Shown here piece by piece: positions 30,395-41,205 of a stretch of DNA of 64,000 nucleotides. Both the position numbers and the translations under genes were made by a program. The notes under the pieces were generated by a model. The model saw only the letters and a list, made by a program, of their open reading frames with translations, did not search any database and had not been told where the DNA came from. Position 1 is the stretch's first letter, and every line of letters begins with the position of its first letter. The stretch covers positions 64,001-128,000 of the forward strand of contig JBOEGF010000018.1 of the NCBI GenBank assembly GCA_050633305.1, read 5' to 3'. The stretch is from Nannocystales bacterium (GTDB lineage: Bacteria > Myxococcota_A > Polyangia > Nannocystales > Nannocystaceae).

Positions 30395-32665
30395 TCACAT
30401 GCCGTAGGACTCGGCGACCGCACGCTGCCGTGCAAGCTCGTTGGCGTAGGCTGGCCCATGCGCTGCCACGAGCGCTTCGCAGAGCTCGACCCACACGGCC
30501 GGTCCCGGCCACGCGTTGGCAGCCGCGGTCAGTGCTCCGTGCAGCTGCTCGAGGTCCGCGGTCGCGGGCACGGCCGCAAACAGATAGATCCCCGGCACAT
30601 CCTCGTCTCCGGGCGCAGTGAGCCGATACTCCTCGCCGGAGCGCTGTTGGAGCCGGAGGGAGAAGTCTCCCATCGTGTCGACGAGCTTCTGCAGCGCCTC
30701 GGGCCCGGGATGCACCGCGTCGATCGTGAAGGCCCGGCGCTCGCCTTGGCGGAGGGTGTCGAGCTCTCGGTAGGTGAAGAGTGTGTGCTCGTCGGTCTCG
30801 TCCCGCTCGACGGGCGCGGGGTCGAAGAGCACCACGTCGTCCTGTCGTTCCCGGGCTTCTCGGTCTCCACTGATCGTTTCGATGCGCGCCGTGACCGGTC
30901 CAGTGCGTGTCGCCCAGTAGGTGTGCCCGCGACCGGTCCGAATCCACGCGCCACCCCAATGCTCGTCGATCGGAGCATCGCCGGGCGCGACGTCCATGCC
31001 GAGGCGGGCCGCTGATGCCCGGACGATGCCCCAGCGCTCCAACGCAGTGGCGGCGACCATGCGGTCCCAGTCGTGTGGTCCCGGGTCGTTGCACTCTACC
31101 AAGACGCCCGAGAGGGCAAGCGCGTCCTCCCAACGCCGCTGTTTCGCCGCGATCTCGCAGAGCCGGGCGCGGGCGGCGTCTGCTTCGGGATCGTAGACGA
31201 GCATCTCCTTGAACCCCTCCACGGCCAACGCCAAGCGGCCGGCCTTTTCGTGGCTCGTGGCGAGCAGCCATCGGCCCAACGGATCATCTGCCTCGAACCG
31301 CTCTTGGACCAGGGTCTCGAGGGCTTCGTGCTGCCCCGTGTCTCGAAGAACGCCGCCGAGGACCTTCGCGACATCGCGAGCGTCCGGGTGGGCCTGAAGA
31401 AAGGTCTCCAGAGACCGCCGTGCTCCTGACGTGAGGCCGAGCTGAGAGAGCAGGGAGCCGCGCAGGATGGCCAAGCGCGCGTCGTCGGGCCAACGCGAGC
31501 AGCCAACACCGAGCAACTCGAGCGCTGCGTCGTCGGCCTTGGGGAGCGTCTCCGAGTTGAGGGCGTCCGGTCCGGTGATGCCCGCGTCCATCGACACCAG
31601 GGGTGTTTGCTCGAGGAGGGTTCGGGTCTGCGCCAGGGCCTCGTCGAGGTGGTGGGGCGCCTTGAGCTCGTTTCGGGCTTGCGTGGCGAGCTGTACGAGC
31701 GTCTGCCCCTGGTGTCGCAAACCACGATGGGCGGCGAGTCGAGCGGCCATCAACGCCGTCTCCGCGGTACTCCACAGTGCGCCGTTGGCCTCGAAGCGGT
31801 GGACGACGGCGGCGGCCTGGCGCCCGAGAGCCGTGGTGTTGTCAAGGCACTGCGCTGCCACAAGTCGTTCGACCACCGCCAACCAGTCGCGGCCGTCGCT
31901 GTCATCGATCTCTTCCAACGCGGGGAGCGTGAGGGCTGCATCTTTGGGTTGCCCAACTGCGGCCAAGGCCTCCGCCAGCGCGACCTTGTACCCGAGTGCG
32001 CCGCTCTGCCCCGACGCCGAACTTGGCGGTGCGGCGCGCAGCAGGGCCAATGCCTCCTCGCTGCGACCGAGCAGCACGAGGCAGTGAGCCTTGTTCTTGA
32101 ACATCTTGTCGTGGCTCCTCACGACGTCCGCAGCGGTGGCTGCCTCGAGTTGCGCGTCGATGAAATCCACCGCGTCTTGGAGCCGTCCCGCGTCCTGAAG
32201 GGCGCTTGCCCGCTCCAAGCTGATGCACTCGAAACACGGCCACGTGGGGTCGATGCGTCCCAGCGCTTCTTCGGTGACCGAGAGCCGCTCTTGGGCGTAC
32301 CCGGGCCCGTCGGTGACCCCGTAGCAGTTGGCGAAGTCTTGGACCACACAGAGGCTCTGTGGGCAGTCGCGGTTGCCCGGTCGGTGCGAGAACTCCAGCA
32401 GCGCCACGCAGTCCTCGAGGTTGTCCCGTCCCTGATAGCGGTGGAGGACCCGACTTTGCATGAGCCAGTGGCGGAGGTAGATCTCCACCCATGGCTCCTC
32501 GAGGTCGGCCGCGAGCGCGAGCCCCTCGGGGACCATGGCCTCGGCCTGCTCATGTCGCATGTCGCAGACCGCGGTGGGCAGAGCGTCGATCACCGTGGCA
32601 AGGCGATGGTGCCCTTGCAGGCGGAGCTGTTCTTGTTTGTCGTAGATCCACGCCCAGATGTTCAT
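30395..32665 (-). CDS. TPR-like helical-repeat protein coupled to the Hsp90 paralogue
   Basis: 756 aa, Ala/Leu-rich helical repeats; ATG overlaps the TGA of the Hsp90 gene (ATGA). Confidence 0.82.
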   Translation of the reverse strand: MNIWAWIYDKQEQLRLQGHHRLATVIDALPTAVCDMRHEQAEAMVPEGLALAADLEEPWVEIYLRHWLMQSRVLHRYQGRDNLEDCVALLEFSHRPGNRDCPQSLCVVQDFANCYGVTDGPGYAQERLSVTEEALGRIDPTWPCFECISLERASALQDAGRLQDAVDFIDAQLEAATAADVVRSHDKMFKNKAHCLVLLGRSEEALALLRAAPPSSASGQSGALGYKVALAEALAAVGQPKDAALTLPALEEIDDSDGRDWLAVVERLVAAQCLDNTTALGRQAAAVVHRFEANGALWSTAETALMAARLAAHRGLRHQGQTLVQLATQARNELKAPHHLDEALAQTRTLLEQTPLVSMDAGITGPDALNSETLPKADDAALELLGVGCSRWPDDARLAILRGSLLSQLGLTSGARRSLETFLQAHPDARDVAKVLGGVLRDTGQHEALETLVQERFEADDPLGRWLLATSHEKAGRLALAVEGFKEMLVYDPEADAARARLCEIAAKQRRWEDALALSGVLVECNDPGPHDWDRMVAATALERWGIVRASAARLGMDVAPGDAPIDEHWGGAWIRTGRGHTYWATRTGPVTARIETISGDREARERQDDVVLFDPAPVERDETDEHTLFTYRELDTLRQGERRAFTIDAVHPGPEALQKLVDTMGDFSLRLQQRSGEEYRLTAPGDEDVPGIYLFAAVPATADLEQLHGALTAAANAWPGPAVWVELCEALVAAHGPAYANELARQRAVAESYGM

Positions 32666-34485
32666 CGAGGTGGCTCCCCTTCGTCTGCGGTCAGCGTGCA
32701 GACGGCGTGTTGCAGGTCGAGTAGCGCTTCATCGAGGGTCGGTGTTCCACGCAGGTCGTCCTGCGCGGTGAGCATTCCGAGGACCGCCCGAAGCAGGCGG
32801 ACTCCGCTGGCTTGGCGGTCGTGATCCGGGCATGCGAGCACGGCCTCGATCGAGGGGCAGGCGAGGTTCACATAGAGGAGCTGGGTGGCCCGCTTCTCGA
32901 TGGTCTTGGTGAAGCTGCGTGCGAGCGCCAACGTGGCGGAGCCCATCGCAGCGTCGGCTTTGTCGTCCTCGATTCTGGCCTTGAGTTCCTGCTTGCGGTC
33001 GACCAGCGCGACGAACGGCAGAGATTTCGGTTCGTAGCGGGCCGCGAGAACCTCGAGGTCGTCGGCGCCGAACCACTGCATCAGTCGGGGGTCGAGCGTG
33101 TCATTGGATTGGACGCCGAGCATGCGCTCGTCGGCGCCATCACCGATGAGGTGCACCGTCCCCGAGCGTGCGTCGCAGTAGCGTTGCACAAACCCGAGCG
33201 CGCCGTACCGGCGACCCAGCACGACGGGGATGTCACGAGCACGGTAGAGCAGGGACTCCACCCCGGGCCGCTCGCTCTGGCTGATGTAGGCGGTGCCGGC
33301 CGAGCGACGAAGGAGCTCTGCGAGGTCGAGGTCGCCCATGGACGTGGGGACGGTGAGCTCATCGGCGACCAAGTCGAACAAGCCGGGGGCGGCGAGGGAG
33401 CAGCCAAGCAGGGCCTCGTTGTGTCGCCGAACGACTCGCCGCCAGGTGTGCGGCTCATCCTTCGCGAGTCGAGCGAGCTCGCTCATCAGCGAACGCGCAA
33501 GGGTGTCGCGCGCGTGTTGGTAGAACGCATCGCGTTGCAGGTCTTCGCGGCTCGCGGTGGGCACGAGCTGGTCGCATTCCACGATGGCGCCGACGAACGA
33601 GGCCCACTCGGGAAGCAGGTGGCGTGCGTCGTCGTCGACCAGCATGCCGCGGACGAAGACGGAGACGTTGCGGTTGTCCGCGCTCCCGTACGACGAGCCG
33701 TCTTGGATCCACAAGAGCCCCTGTACGCGAGTTCCCGGCGGGCCGTCTTGCGCGTCGGTGATGTCGAGAGTGCAAAGGGGGGAGAAGCGTTGTTCGTACC
33801 GCTCTGCGAAGGCCAGACCCTGCTTCCGCCGCTTCAGAGCGCTGGAATCGGGATCCCGCCACGGCGGGGTTTCGCCGTTGATGGGGCCGAAGCCATCGAG
33901 CGTCAGCGGGATGCTGAGCAAGGAGCAGTACTTCACGAGCAGCGCTCGAAGTGGACCCAGCTGTCCGAGCGAGCGGTGGGCCTCCTTGAGGCGCAGACTG
34001 ACGCATGTCCCCACGTCGCGGGGGGCCGCTTCTTCGATGGTGTACTGGTGTCCCGACCGCGAGGTGAAGCGCCACGCGGTTGCCGGGTCTTGGTGCGAAG
34101 ACGTCCAGACTTCGGTGCGTTCTGCGACCACGTACGTGGAGAGGAACCCCAGCCCGAACAGGCCGATCAGGCCGTTGGCGCCGTCTTCTCGGAGCTCGCG
34201 GGTCCGGCCACGACCGACAGTTGCAAGGTAGGTCTGAATCTCCTCGCGGGTGAGTCCTGCGCCGTTGTCCTCGACGTGCAGCCACCCCTCGCTGGGGTTG
34301 GCCCGGACCGAGATCGCAGGTCGCGGTGCGTCGCGCTGTTCGTGCGCTCGACGGACACACGAGTCGTGCGCGTTCTGTACCAACTCGCGCACCACCACGT
34401 TTGGGGTGGAGTAGAGGTGTTGGCCCAACACGCGCATCAGGCCGTCGAGGTCCACCTCCGTCTTGTGGAGCTGGGGGGTACTCAT
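32662..34485 (-). CDS. HSP90 family ATPase (non-canonical HtpG paralogue)
   Basis: GHKL motifs LYS...RELVQNAHDS, EDNGAGLT, IGLFGLGFLS, GT; middle domain LVPTASREDL. Start 34485 (alternatively 34494). Confidence 0.92.
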   Translation of the reverse strand: MSTPQLHKTEVDLDGLMRVLGQHLYSTPNVVVRELVQNAHDSCVRRAHEQRDAPRPAISVRANPSEGWLHVEDNGAGLTREEIQTYLATVGRGRTRELREDGANGLIGLFGLGFLSTYVVAERTEVWTSSHQDPATAWRFTSRSGHQYTIEEAAPRDVGTCVSLRLKEAHRSLGQLGPLRALLVKYCSLLSIPLTLDGFGPINGETPPWRDPDSSALKRRKQGLAFAERYEQRFSPLCTLDITDAQDGPPGTRVQGLLWIQDGSSYGSADNRNVSVFVRGMLVDDDARHLLPEWASFVGAIVECDQLVPTASREDLQRDAFYQHARDTLARSLMSELARLAKDEPHTWRRVVRRHNEALLGCSLAAPGLFDLVADELTVPTSMGDLDLAELLRRSAGTAYISQSERPGVESLLYRARDIPVVLGRRYGALGFVQRYCDARSGTVHLIGDGADERMLGVQSNDTLDPRLMQWFGADDLEVLAARYEPKSLPFVALVDRKQELKARIEDDKADAAMGSATLALARSFTKTIEKRATQLLYVNLACPSIEAVLACPDHDRQASGVRLLRAVLGMLTAQDDLRGTPTLDEALLDLQHAVCTLTADEGEPPR

Positions 34486-34540
34486 CGCGAGCATGGTACC
34501 CGAGCGTGGTCGGCTGGACGATGCTCGGATGCGCCGAGGG

Positions 34541-36340
34541 TCAGCTCGGCGTCACGCCGGGCTCCGACGCGTCGACGGACCACACCCAGTTGTCGAGCAG
34601 GACGGTGGAGTCCCACACGCCGTCGCTGGTATCCCAGATGACGAACCGGACATCGAAGATCTCGCCGGGCTCGACGTTCCCGCTGAGGGTGAGCCACCCC
34701 GTGCCTCCGCCGGCGCGACCACTGTGACCACAGGCCGTCGCTGCGATGTCGAAGCCCGTGCCATCGAGCGCCCCCGGGTCGACACAACCGTTGTAGGTCC
34801 CGCCGCCTCCGCATTGCGCGATGCCACCGTTTTCGCAGGCCGTGAACAGTCCATCGGCCGCGGAAACGAGGTTGATGCCGACGGGCCACGTCGACCCCGC
34901 GCCGTCGTCGTAGATCGCGATGTTCTGGTCGGCGGGGTTCTCAGGATCGGCGCTGTCGACCAGTGTGATGAAGAAGTCGTTGAACGCAGTGCACACGTAC
35001 TCGGGGTACTCCGCGGAGTAGAAGTACATCTGCACGGAGAACGAGTTCGCGTTGGTCGGGGCGCGGACGCGTAGGTGCAGGTTCACCGGGTTGAACGCGG
35101 TGGTGTTGTTGGGGTCGGGGCAACCGGGTGCGTTGGGAAGGTTGTTGCCGTTGGCCGCAAACCAGGCAGCGGGCACGGGGGAGGTTTCGCCCAAGTCGAT
35201 GCCGGTCTGGTACTCCTGAAACCCGGGGTTGGTGTCCCCTGCGTTGTCCGCCGCGTGTCCCGTGGACAGCACGACGAGCCTGTCCCCGAACTGCGCGGTG
35301 ACGTTGTCGCCGAACCCATCCCGAAGCGAGCGTGCGTTGGGGTCAGGGGCGCCGGTGTCGTCGGCGAGCAAGAGTTCGGCCTCGATCACACCCCAGACCG
35401 CATCCTCTGGGTTGGCTGGAGTTTCTTCGGTGAACTGGCACAGATCGAGCGCTCGCGCGTAGTCGAGCGTGTCGGCGGAGTCGCTGGCCAGCGCTGCATC
35501 ACACTCGGGGATCGGGTTGTCGACCATACCGTCGCAGTCGTCGTCGACCATGTTGCCGTCGACCTCGAACGCTCCCGCGTTGACGAGCTCGGGGGTGGAG
35601 CAGTTCGGCCCTGCGGTGTCGCAGCAGTCGCCGCCGCAGGTCGTGAAGCCGTCTCCGTCGGCGTCGATATCCTCGTCGACTGCGCCGTCGCAGTTGTCAT
35701 CGGCCATGTTGCCGCAGACCTCTGATACGGGAACAACCTCCCCCTCGCAGGGCCCCCATGCGGTTCCCGCGTCGTTGCAGGTCTGGACTCCGCCGACGCA
35801 AGCGCCGACGTCTTGCGTTGCTGGGTCAGCGGAGTAGCAATTCTGAGTCTCTGCGGGCGTGCAGGTGCATTCGCCCTGGGTCTCGCAGCCGTCGGATGCA
35901 TCGCCGTTGCAGTCGTTCGTACCGTCTGCGCATTCCCCCAAGCCGCACTGAGCCTCGACACAAGCCATCTCGCCATCACACGCCTCGCCACAGGACCCGC
36001 AGTTCTCGGCCGAACTGAGCACGTCCACGCAGGCCTCGTCGCAGCAGACCAAGCCGTCCGTGCATGGGGTGTCCTCGTTGCAGCCCTCCATGCAGCCCCC
36101 TTGGGCGTTGCAGATCTCGCCGTCCGAGCAGTCCTCGTCTGCAAAACACTCCGCGCCCTGGCTGTCCGAGATGTTCGAGTCCGCGGTCTCTCCGTTCGTG
36201 TCACCGTCCGTTCCCGTGTCCGGGTCGATCGGAACGATGCCGCCCGTTCCCGCGTCGAGCGTGTCTGCGGGGGCGCTCGCGCCGCCGCAAGCGGCCAACG
36301 TCGCCGCGATACCAATTCCAATCCAGTGTCGTCCCATCAT
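34541..36340 (-). CDS. Cys-rich lipoprotein with choice-of-anchor-L-like C-terminal domain
   Basis: Lipobox LAAC; NCGSCGEAC and DDNCDGAVDE/DDDCDGMVD repeats; SAEYPEYVCTAFNDFF and IWDTSDGVWDSTVLLD. Confidence 0.85.
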   Translation of the reverse strand: MMGRHWIGIGIAATLAACGGASAPADTLDAGTGGIVPIDPDTGTDGDTNGETADSNISDSQGAECFADEDCSDGEICNAQGGCMEGCNEDTPCTDGLVCCDEACVDVLSSAENCGSCGEACDGEMACVEAQCGLGECADGTNDCNGDASDGCETQGECTCTPAETQNCYSADPATQDVGACVGGVQTCNDAGTAWGPCEGEVVPVSEVCGNMADDNCDGAVDEDIDADGDGFTTCGGDCCDTAGPNCSTPELVNAGAFEVDGNMVDDDCDGMVDNPIPECDAALASDSADTLDYARALDLCQFTEETPANPEDAVWGVIEAELLLADDTGAPDPNARSLRDGFGDNVTAQFGDRLVVLSTGHAADNAGDTNPGFQEYQTGIDLGETSPVPAAWFAANGNNLPNAPGCPDPNNTTAFNPVNLHLRVRAPTNANSFSVQMYFYSAEYPEYVCTAFNDFFITLVDSADPENPADQNIAIYDDGAGSTWPVGINLVSAADGLFTACENGGIAQCGGGGTYNGCVDPGALDGTGFDIAATACGHSGRAGGGTGWLTLSGNVEPGEIFDVRFVIWDTSDGVWDSTVLLDNWVWSVDASEPGVTPS

Positions 36341-36478
36341 GTCCCCGTCCGCTGTCACGATATCCGCGCGGCCGCCTTTGACCAAGCACCATCCGATCCG
36401 AACTCCGCTACGAGCACGTCTCGCATGACACCGACACACAAGGTGCGATGTGCTCGTGTGCATTGCTAGACTCCACCC

Positions 36479-36826
36479 GTGGGGTGGCTGAACGGAGCGC
36501 GTTTCCTGACGCACTACGGCCTGCACTTTGGCGCGCCCGGTGCTCTGGCGTGGCTTCTGTTCCGCGAGCGGTGGAAAACAGCATGGGGGCTGATGGTCGC
36601 GACGATGGTTGTGGATGCCGATCACCTGCTGGCGGACCCTGTGTTCGAACCGGACCGTATGAGCGTGGGCTTCCACCCTCTGCATTCCTATCCAGCGATC
36701 GCCCTGTACGCGCTGATGCTGCTGGTTCCCTGCACGCGGGTGCGAGTCGTAGCGGTCGGGCTGCTCTTTCAGATGCTGCCCGACGCCCAGGACTCTCTCT
36801 GGGTTGGGCTGCTACGCCCAGTTTGA
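36479..36826 (+). CDS. DUF6122 family membrane protein
   Basis: HYGLHF, ATMVVDADHLLADPVF, SVGFHPLHSYPAI. Confidence 0.8.
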   Translation: MGWLNGARFLTHYGLHFGAPGALAWLLFRERWKTAWGLMVATMVVDADHLLADPVFEPDRMSVGFHPLHSYPAIALYALMLLVPCTRVRVVAVGLLFQMLPDAQDSLWVGLLRPV

Positions 36827-36948
36827 GCCAGGGCTCTCGCCCAGGTTCGGCGGAGCGTTCGAGCCCAGATAGCCTGGACGTCTGAGCGTGTATCTGGTCT
36901 TGTGAGTCTTGCAGGATGCGCTCGAAGATGAAGGAGAAGATGTCAACG

Positions 36949-37392
36949 ATGACCCGCGGTGGCGGGCTTCTCAGTTTGCTGTGGCTGCTCGGCGGCTGCG
37001 CGGGCGGGTTGAACGTCGAGAGGAAGCTTGTCCAGATCGAGGTCGTGAGCCCGAAGACGGTGGGCAGGCTCGAATTCTCGGCGACCCGGGGCATTCCCTT
37101 CGATATTCCGATGGTTCCGGACGGTCGCACGAGCTACGCGGTACGTCTCCGGCCGGGGGAGTATTGTTTGCACACCTACGTCTGGGGCGACTTGTCCGTT
37201 GGTCATGCGGTTCGCCTCGAACACCCCCAATGTTTTCGAGTCTAGGAAGAGGACGCTGAAGTCACCTACCGCGGACACGTGGAATTCGATACCCAACGCC
37301 GAGTTCACCTGTACCGGAACCGCGATGCGTTCGTGCATGACATGAAAGACCCTGCGGTCGACAAGGTCCACCTTCAGACCGGGCCGCTGTAG
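36949..37392 (+). pseudogene. Lipoprotein gene interrupted by an in-frame TAG
   Basis: Lipobox LGGC. The frame continues after TAG 37243-37245 (CFRV*EEDAEVTYRGHVEFD...) to TAG 37390-37392. Confidence 0.55.
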
Positions 37393-37972
37393 GCGCGCTG
37401 AGAGCCACCAACTCCTCAAACCGAGCATGGCTGCGGCCAGCCGACGACGAGCGTCCCGGGAACTGCCCTCGGCCCTCGTCCTCGTGCCCAATCCCGCATG
37501 GCTGAAGCAGCGCCACTCTTCCAGCCGACCTCTTGCGCAGTCTGCGATGGAGTCAGCGTCGTCGTCGGCCAGACGCAGCAGGATGCGGCGCGGGCAGCCG
37601 GTGACAGAGCGATCAAGTGTGTTACGCCGAGTTACACACCGTGGCCCCGCCGTGAGCATCAAGTAGCGGGACTTGCTGGTGTACGCGAGCGAGCAGTGCG
37701 TGCCCTTGAACCTGCCTAGTGGGATGATCAAGTAAGCGGACCTCCTCACCTTGCGGAACGCTGCTGCTACCGAGCGTGGTCATCTCATCGTGAGGCTGGG
37801 ATAGGTGGTCAGCTTCTCAACTCGGACTTCTTTGGCGACAGCCCAACCTCCCATGCCCGTGGAAGGATGCACCTGCACATTGGGCATGATCCGTTTGGCC
37901 GACACTCCGATTCGTCGTGGCAACATCGACAACCGCTCTCCGTCGCAAACAGTCCCGTCGGCCGTTCGATCT

Positions 37973-40906
37973 CTACCGGTGCGCCTTTTGCCATGCACGG
38001 ACTTCGCCTAGCTGGATCCCCAGCCCCTCGACACTCGCGTAGGCTGCCTCGGCTTCTAACGCCAGCTGGCGAGCACGGTCACGATCGCCGCCGGTATTCC
38101 ATAGGACGCGAGCGACGAGGAACTGCGCTTGGGCGACGACGGTCGGGTCCTCGTTGGACAGCCGCAAGAGTTGTTCTCCGTTCGTCAGGGCGTCGTCGAG
38201 CCTGCCAAGGGCGAGATAGACTTCGGCCTGGTCGGCGACAGCAGTCTGGTAGCCGAAGCTCTGCGGTGCATCGCGCGTCAGTTCGAGGACGCGTGCGTAT
38301 TGTTCGAGGGCCGCGTCAAACTCACCTTGCTCGACCAGCAGGAGGCCGAAATTCGCGCGAATCGAATCTTCTATCCCTGAAGGGGTCGGTCGCGTTCGTT
38401 CGCCTTCGAGGAGCTGTTCATACAGTGCTCGGGCTTCACTGGGCTTGCCTTGCAGAGCGAGAATGTTCGCGATCTCCATCCTCGCACTCGTGACAACGGG
38501 ATGCGAGGTCCCGAGTTCAGATGCCACGATCGCGCTGGCCTCGTGGCACGCTGCAAGTGCCTCTTCATAGCGTTCGAGTTCAACCAGGGCGATGCCGAGT
38601 CCGAGATGCTCGGTGCCGACCTCGACATGTCCTGGACCGAGCGCGAACGTCAGGATCTGCATCGAAGCTTGGTGGAGGGCGAGCGCGTGCTCGGGCTCCC
38701 CGAGGTGTCGGTGGGCATGCGCCATGCTTGAGAGCGACGAGGCCACGTCTCGCCCGTCTGGGCCCTGGAGCGCCACGTAGGCGTCCTTGGCTTGCCCGGC
38801 AGCGCGGAGCGCATCTTCGTAACGACCCGCGGCCGAGTAGGAATCGGAGAGGTTCAGGTGTACAGCAGCGACCGTCGGGTGCTGGGGGCCGAGCTGCTCG
38901 ATAAAGATAGCCACAGCCTCCTGCTGGTCCTCGATGGACCCCTCAACCTCCCCGAGCTCATCTCGGACGCTGCCACGCCCTGCCAGTGCCGAAGCTCGAC
39001 TTGAGGAACCCGCTGGGTGTAGCGCGAGGGCCTGGTCGTACAGCATGCGGGAGCCCGTGTTGTCTCCATGGCGGTTCAGTACGCTAGCCCGGGCGTCGAG
39101 AACGCGAGCGACGAGGGCGCCGTTTTCAGGCTCGACACGTCGAGCCAACGCCAGCGCGAGGTCGTTCCAAAGCAGACCCTGAGCCTTGTCGTTGCCTTCG
39201 ACCCCAGCGGCGAGTGAAGCCACGAGGGCCGCGTTCATTGCGACAACGTCGTGGGCGGCGGTCTGCGCCAGCAGAAACGCGCCCCTTGCCGCCGCAGCCG
39301 CATCGTCGGCCCGCCCAAGCATGTCCAGCGCCCGACCCAGCCCCAGCTGCGCCTCCGCCTCCAGTGGCCGGAACTCCAACACCTTCGCCGCCTCGACGGC
39401 ACCCCTCGCGCCCGACTCCGCATCGGCATAGCGACCCGCGCTCTGCATCGCAGCAACCGCGGCGAGGGTCTCGCGAACCTCGGCCACTCGTGAGCGGAGC
39501 GCGGGCTCGGCGGGAACGGCGTCGCTCGCCTGCACGTACGCGAGGTCCTCGCAGTGGCCTGCGTCCGGCAACCCATCGACCACCCGAACCGCGTGCATCA
39601 CTTGCGCCTCGCCCATGGCCCTCAAGACGTTGACCACGCTACCAAGCTCCCGGCGACGCTGATCCAGGCAGGCCATTCGCGCGTCCATCACCACGGCCGA
39701 TTGCTCGTGACGCACGACACGGGCTGTACACGCGTCCGTGTGCCCCGCGACCCAAGACTCCCCGTAGGCGTCGAGTCGCTCGCGAACGACCATGTCGGTG
39801 TGCTCTGCGTAGGGCACCCCCGTAGCGAGGAGGGCCGCACTCACCTCATCCCGGGCCGCGTCATTCCAGACCTTGGCCAGCGCTACGTCAGCGCCTGTAC
39901 ATGGAGCATCGCCCTCTCCTCCACGGCCGAGCCAATACCCGCCCACCACGGCCCCTCCGACCACCACGGCCGCACCCGAGATCAACCACGACCGGAGGCG
40001 ACGCAAATGGTCGCCCCGCAGTTCTGTGGCTGCGGACTCGAGAGCGCGCAGCAGCGGAGCGAGTGAACGGTGCCGAGAGAGGGGGCGCTCCGACAGCCCT
40101 TTCTTCAGCGCAGCGACAAGCACGGCGGGCAAGCTGAGGGCCTCCGCCACGGCGGGCGGACGCCTACCATGGAGCACTTCCCATGCCCCTACGCAGAAGC
40201 TGTATTGGTCGGTGCGGGCATCGACAATGCCGCGACGGGCATGCTCGGGTGCCATGTAGGCAGGCGTGCCCGCGATGACCCGCCGCGAGCCCTCTTGCGA
40301 GGCCTCGGAATCCGAGAGCGTACGGTCGGCAGGGTCTCGTCCGCGGCCACGCGACCCGGCAGCGCGGGCCAGTCCGAAGTCGGCCACACGCGCCCGACCG
40401 TCCGTCCCAACCAAGACGTTGTGAGGCTTGAAGTCACCGTGCACGAGACCGGCTTCATGCGCCGCCTCCAGACCGCGCGCAGCCTGTGCTAGCAGCTCCA
40501 AAGCCGCAGCCGGCTCGGCCCCGCGCGTCCGCGACATCCACGTCTTGAGCGTCGTGCCCTCGACGAACTCCATCGCCACAAACACCGCGCCCTCGTGAAG
40601 CCCCACATCGTACACCGCCACCACGTTGGGATGGTTGAGGCGGGCCAGTGCCTTGGCCTCGCGCACCAGTCCGTCACGGTCCTTCTCCGACTGTTCGGCG
40701 TGCAGCAGCTTGAGCGCGACCCGCCGGTCCAGCCTAGGGTCATACGCGGCATACACCTGCCCCATGCCGCCCGCCCCGACGCGGCCCAGCACCATGAACC
40801 GACCGATCCGCTCAGCGGGGGCCACCACGTCGCCCCGACGCGCGGGCTGAAAGCGCGGACGCTCGGTGGCGGTGTTGGTCTCCTCGTCGTCCTGACGGCC
40901 CTGCAT
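37973..40906 (-). CDS. Ser/Thr protein kinase with TM segment and TPR repeats
   Basis: GAGGMGQVY, VALK, HGDFKPHN, DFGLA, GTPAYMAPE; C-terminal TPRs (LGPQHPTVA). The true start is ATG 40906, not 41164. Confidence 0.93.
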   Translation of the reverse strand: MQGRQDDEETNTATERPRFQPARRGDVVAPAERIGRFMVLGRVGAGGMGQVYAAYDPRLDRRVALKLLHAEQSEKDRDGLVREAKALARLNHPNVVAVYDVGLHEGAVFVAMEFVEGTTLKTWMSRTRGAEPAAALELLAQAARGLEAAHEAGLVHGDFKPHNVLVGTDGRARVADFGLARAAGSRGRGRDPADRTLSDSEASQEGSRRVIAGTPAYMAPEHARRGIVDARTDQYSFCVGAWEVLHGRRPPAVAEALSLPAVLVAALKKGLSERPLSRHRSLAPLLRALESAATELRGDHLRRLRSWLISGAAVVVGGAVVGGYWLGRGGEGDAPCTGADVALAKVWNDAARDEVSAALLATGVPYAEHTDMVVRERLDAYGESWVAGHTDACTARVVRHEQSAVVMDARMACLDQRRRELGSVVNVLRAMGEAQVMHAVRVVDGLPDAGHCEDLAYVQASDAVPAEPALRSRVAEVRETLAAVAAMQSAGRYADAESGARGAVEAAKVLEFRPLEAEAQLGLGRALDMLGRADDAAAAARGAFLLAQTAAHDVVAMNAALVASLAAGVEGNDKAQGLLWNDLALALARRVEPENGALVARVLDARASVLNRHGDNTGSRMLYDQALALHPAGSSSRASALAGRGSVRDELGEVEGSIEDQQEAVAIFIEQLGPQHPTVAAVHLNLSDSYSAAGRYEDALRAAGQAKDAYVALQGPDGRDVASSLSSMAHAHRHLGEPEHALALHQASMQILTFALGPGHVEVGTEHLGLGIALVELERYEEALAACHEASAIVASELGTSHPVVTSARMEIANILALQGKPSEARALYEQLLEGERTRPTPSGIEDSIRANFGLLLVEQGEFDAALEQYARVLELTRDAPQSFGYQTAVADQAEVYLALGRLDDALTNGEQLLRLSNEDPTVVAQAQFLVARVLWNTGGDRDRARQLALEAEAAYASVEGLGIQLGEVRAWQKAHR

Positions 40907-40959
40907 GCCCCTGCGGTATAGCCTGGGCACCGAAGCTAGGGAACTGTGCGGCCTTCTGC

Positions 40960-41205
40960 TCATGCTGCAGGGCAGCCTAGTTGTACGCCAGCCGCACCAC
41001 CGTGCCGTCCGGCGTCGTCTGCGTCCTCGGACGACCCAGCGCATCGAAGAGCGTCGCCGACTCGACCACCTTCGACTCCAGCATCGGCGCCGCCTCAGGG
41101 TCCTAGACGTCCTCCAGCTCCGCGAGCGAAGACCAGTCCAGCGTCGCTGAGACATCCACCGCAAGCTGACGCTCTGCCGGAAGCAGGCCTCCCTTGAAAC
41201 CGTAC
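40960..41205 (-). pseudogene. Fragment of an Rhs/YD-repeat (SpvB/TcdB-TccC-like) toxin gene
   Basis: Reads YGFKGGLLPAERQLAVDVSATLDWSSL...*...LFDALGRPRTQTTPDGTVVRLAYN*, with two in-frame TAG codons (41103, 40977). Confidence 0.65.

Noticed and set aside
37243..37245. Pyrrolysine read-through of the in-frame TAG
   Set aside because: No pyl genes or methyltransferase context; the codon lies in a region full of decayed genes, so a nonsense mutation is simpler.
37400..37970. Orphan toxin-tip/immunity fragments on the minus strand
   Set aside because: No recognisable motif; cannot be supported without a search.
40907..41164. N-terminal extension of the kinase given by the ORF track
   Set aside because: It is an alternative frame over the Rhs remnant; the kinase-like sequence starts at ATG 40906.
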